From Terriglobia bacterium (GTDB lineage Bacteria > Acidobacteriota > Terriglobia > Acidiferrales > UBA7541): DNA of 64,000 bases. The notes under the pieces are model-generated. The model did no database searches, had not been told where the DNA came from, and saw only the letters and a list, made by a program, of their open reading frames with translations. The position numbers and the translations under genes were made by a program. Positions within the stretch are counted from its first letter, which is position 1. Each line of letters begins with the position of its first letter. Location of the stretch: positions 3,040,001 to 3,104,000 of the forward strand of contig OY968796.1 in NCBI GenBank assembly GCA_963695545.1, read 5' to 3'. Positions 60,931 to 64,000 of this stretch are shown one piece after another.

Positions 60931-61983
60931 TCAATCTGCCGGCGCCGCTTGGTGTGCGTAATAGCCGGAGCGCGTGCGCACCGTCAGCTTGCCCATGCCG
61001 CGCGGCGGGGTGACCAGCACGGAGACGCTGCGGAACGTGCCGTCCTGCGCGGTGTTGGTGGGATAGTAGGCCAGCGTGTATTGATTGCGAATGTCGTGCG
61101 CGATCTGCGCGCAAATGGCCTCGGTGTCGCCGACGTCCTCCGGGAAAAATGCGGCGCCGCCTGTGGCATCGGTGAGCTGTTCCAGGGCGCGCTGGCCTTT
61201 GCGCTTATCGGACTTCGTGTCGTCGGAGCCGTACACGCCGATGGCGTAAATAATCGCGTCGGAATGGCGCGCTTCAGCGACGGTGTCCGCCAAACTGTGG
61301 TGGCTGAAATCGTCTTCGCCGTCGGTGATCACCAGCAGAACTTTCTTGTCCTTGTGTCCCTTTTTCAGATGGTCGAGCGAGCCGATCACGGCGTCGTAGA
61401 GCGCGGTGCTGCCGCGCGCGTCAATGCGCTCAAGCGCGGCTTTCATTTCCTCAATGTCGCTGGTGAAATCGTGTTCGGTGTCGAGGTAATAGTCGTCGTT
61501 GAAGTTGACGACGAAAGCTTCGTCCTGCGGATTGGAAGTCTCGACGAAGGTGAGCGCCGCGGCGTTTACCTGCGGCCGCTTGTCGCGCATGCTGCCGCTG
61601 TTGTCGATCACCAGGCCCACGCTGACGGGCACGTCCTCCTGCTTGAATACCGATAATTTCTGCTCGACCCGGTCTTCAAAGACGCGGAAATTATCCTCTT
61701 TCAAGCCCGGCACGAAAACGCCGCGATCGTCAAAAACCGAAGCATGCAGCACAACCAAGCTCACGTTGCTCTGGATCGTGTAACCGCCCTTGCCTTCGGT
61801 GGGAGTGGTCTGTGCGCCCGGCGCGCCAGGAGGGGGCGGCGGCTGCATGGTCTGATCCTGCATCTCCTGCATCATCTGGGGACGCGCCCAAGCCATGGCG
61901 GCGGCAGCTACCAGACTCAAAATCAGCGCGCAGGCGACGCGGGCACCGCTTCCGCCACGCCGGGGATTACTGGCTCGGCGCAA
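60931..61983 (-). CDS. Acidobacterial VWA domain protein
   Basis: MIDAS DNSGSM, TALYDA, ITDGED, RTRSGYY; TTG start inferred. Confidence 0.88.
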   Translation of the reverse strand: MRRASNPRRGGSGARVACALILSLVAAAAMAWARPQMMQEMQDQTMQPPPPPGAPGAQTTPTEGKGGYTIQSNVSLVVLHASVFDDRGVFVPGLKEDNFRVFEDRVEQKLSVFKQEDVPVSVGLVIDNSGSMRDKRPQVNAAALTFVETSNPQDEAFVVNFNDDYYLDTEHDFTSDIEEMKAALERIDARGSTALYDAVIGSLDHLKKGHKDKKVLLVITDGEDDFSHHSLADTVAEARHSDAIIYAIGVYGSDDTKSDKRKGQRALEQLTDATGGAAFFPEDVGDTEAICAQIAHDIRNQYTLAYYPTNTAQDGTFRSVSVLVTPPRGMGKLTVRTRSGYYAHQAAPAD

Positions 61984-62959
61984 AATATCCTGTTTTGGCG
62001 TAGACGCTGAGAGGAGGCAGGCCTCGCGGCGGAGTGAGCTTGACTTTGATTTTGCGCCAGCTGCCGTCGCGGTTGGCGTTGCTTGGTCTGTAGGCCAGAA
62101 CATATTGGTTGCGAAGCTCCATTCCAATCTTCGCCGCGATATCCGGCAAGTCGTTCAGGTTCACGACCGGGAAAACCCGGCCGCCGCTCATCTCCGTCAG
62201 CTCGTTCAGCAGCGAGGGGCCTTCGAGCTCCTCGGGAGTGCGGCCTCGGATATCGATCGGATCGAAAATTCCGACCGCGTAGAGCTGACAGTCCGCTTCT
62301 TTTAAGAAGCTCTTAATGTCGCTCTCGTTGTACCGGCTATGATTATCGCCTCCATCCGATATGATGAGCAAGGCGCGCTTGGCGTTACGTGCACCCCTCA
62401 TTTCAGACAAGCCCAGGTAGATTGCGTCGAGCAGCGCCGTGCGGCCGTGCGCCGCGGTGAACATCATGCGGCTCTGCAGTTCGTCCACGCTGGAGGTGAA
62501 CGGGCTGGTAAGTTCGGCGCGGTCGTTGAAGCTCACCAGGAAAAATTCGTCGAGCGGATTGGCAGTGTGGAAGAACTGCACGGCCGCCTCGCGCGCTTTG
62601 TCCACTTTGTCGGACATGCTGCCGCTCATATCGAAGATCACGCCGATCGAAATCGGCACGTCCTCGCTCGAGAAGTTCACGATCTCCTGCTCCGTGCCGT
62701 CCTCGTAGACATGGAAATCTTCCTTCTCGAGGCCGGTCACCAGGCGATCGAACGGATCGGTCACCGTCACGTTCACGAGCGCGAGGTCCACGTCGACCTT
62801 GATGCCCATGACTTTGCCGGACGTTTTAGTCGTGGCGGAATCGGGAGGGGTAACTGGCTTCGTCGGCCCCGTGACTTGCGCGCGAACCGGCATCGCCACA
62901 AGCGCGTACAGCACCAAGATCAGCGAGCAGAAACTGGCGAGACGTCCGTTTGCCTGCAC
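61967..62959 (-). CDS. Acidobacterial VWA domain protein
   Basis: MIDAS DMSGSM, TALLDA, ISDGGD, ELRNQYVLAY. Confidence 0.9.
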   Translation of the reverse strand: MQANGRLASFCSLILVLYALVAMPVRAQVTGPTKPVTPPDSATTKTSGKVMGIKVDVDLALVNVTVTDPFDRLVTGLEKEDFHVYEDGTEQEIVNFSSEDVPISIGVIFDMSGSMSDKVDKAREAAVQFFHTANPLDEFFLVSFNDRAELTSPFTSSVDELQSRMMFTAAHGRTALLDAIYLGLSEMRGARNAKRALLIISDGGDNHSRYNESDIKSFLKEADCQLYAVGIFDPIDIRGRTPEELEGPSLLNELTEMSGGRVFPVVNLNDLPDIAAKIGMELRNQYVLAYRPSNANRDGSWRKIKVKLTPPRGLPPLSVYAKTGYFAPSQ

Positions 62960-63153
62960 CGCGCCTCCTGCTTGAATCCGGTCCAGCGACCGGCTGAGGC
63001 GTCACTCTGTGGGATTCTTTTGCGATTCTACCACGCGCTTCCGGCAACGCAAGCCCACCCCGCGCTGGCTTTCCGCAGGCTGTGATAGCATCGCGGAGAG
63101 ACGCGAATCGCGCCGCCTCACTGTAATTTCCTACGGAGGATCAACGGAATCGG

Positions 63154-63945
63154 ATGCCGGCCGAAACTTCCAATCGAAAGCCCAGCCGAGACGACGTACT
63201 GGCGATTATTCCCGCGCGCTATGCTTCGACGCGCTTGCCCGGCAAGCCTCTGGTAATGCTCGCTGGCAAGACCATGATCGAGCGCGTGTGGGAACGCGTT
63301 GCGCTGGCGAGTTCGGTGACGCGAGCGGTCGTTGCGACCGATGACGAGCGCGTGCTGAACGCTGTGCGCGCGTTCGGCGGCGACGCCGTGATGACGCGCG
63401 CGACGCATCGCTCCGGCACCGAGCGCGCTGCCGAAGTGGTTGCCGGCCCATTGGGACAGGGCAATGTGCGAATCGTCGTCAACGTGCAAGGTGATGAGCC
63501 GCTGCTCGATCCCGCGGCGATCGACGCAGCGGTGGAGGCACTCGATTCCGCGGACGAAATCGGCGTGGCCACGCTGGCGGTGCCGATTGCGGTTACCTCC
63601 GAGATCATGGATCCTAACGTGGTGAAGACCGTGCTCGATTTCGAGGATCGCGCTCTTTACTTTTCGCGCGCGCCGATTCCGTGGGTGCGCGATCGCGATG
63701 GACTCGTCCACGCGCGCCACTTGAAGCACCTGGGTCTATATGCTTTCCGCCGAGATACGCTGTTGGAATTTCCGACGCTGCCGACGGGAGTGCTCGAGCG
63801 CCTCGAGCAGCTCGAGCAATTGCGCTGGCTTGAAAACGGCTATCCGATTCGCGTTGTCGAAACGTTGAACGATTCCGTCGGCGTGGACGTGCCAGAAGAT
63901 GTGCCGCGCGTGGAAGCGTTGTTGCGCGCCGCCGGCGAAGGTTAA
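63154..63945 (+). CDS. kdsB: 3-deoxy-manno-octulosonate cytidylyltransferase
   Basis: IIPARYASTRLPGKPL, SGTER, NVQGDEP, YFSRAPIP, EQLEQLRWLE. Confidence 0.96.
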   Translation: MPAETSNRKPSRDDVLAIIPARYASTRLPGKPLVMLAGKTMIERVWERVALASSVTRAVVATDDERVLNAVRAFGGDAVMTRATHRSGTERAAEVVAGPLGQGNVRIVVNVQGDEPLLDPAAIDAAVEALDSADEIGVATLAVPIAVTSEIMDPNVVKTVLDFEDRALYFSRAPIPWVRDRDGLVHARHLKHLGLYAFRRDTLLEFPTLPTGVLERLEQLEQLRWLENGYPIRVVETLNDSVGVDVPEDVPRVEALLRAAGEG

Positions 63946-64000
63946 ACCGCGGCGCGGCCAAACGCGATCGCCGCGTCAGAATTGCCGCGTGAGTTGTCCT

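Overview
High-GC bacterial chromosomal segment. Marker families (three ADOP duplicated permeases behind a PadR gene, paired VWA proteins, an Oar-like TonB-dependent receptor) point to Acidobacteriota; this is an inference. It carries a complete pqqABCDE operon, including a 25-aa pqqA absent from the ORF track. It also carries a stress/signalling cluster (UspA, His-rich small protein, acetate kinase, Crp/Fnr regulator, histidine kinase, NarL regulator), hpt-rpiB-deoC, a GAF-GAF-PP2C/lysA pair, padR plus three ADOP genes, xseB-ispA-tlyA-nadK, CNNM-dppBC, iscS-mnmA, a GH20 hexosaminidase, TonB proteins, uvrC, uvrA, deoB and kdsB. I saw no tRNA, rRNA, CRISPR array, transposase or integrase. The most unusual signal is a dispersed 230-330 bp non-coding element present twice (about 6310-6635 on minus, about 29587-29820 on plus). 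Each copy has a sigma70-like promoter, a conserved 5' block and four ~30-bp units in the same order and orientation. Other notable points are microcompartment-type N-terminal extensions on DeoC and RpiB, a TGTRCG-N4-CGYACA candidate Crp regulon, a His-to-Cys change at a PqqB iron ligand, and homogenised ends of the ADOP paralogues. Several start codons are my own choice and differ from the ORF track.
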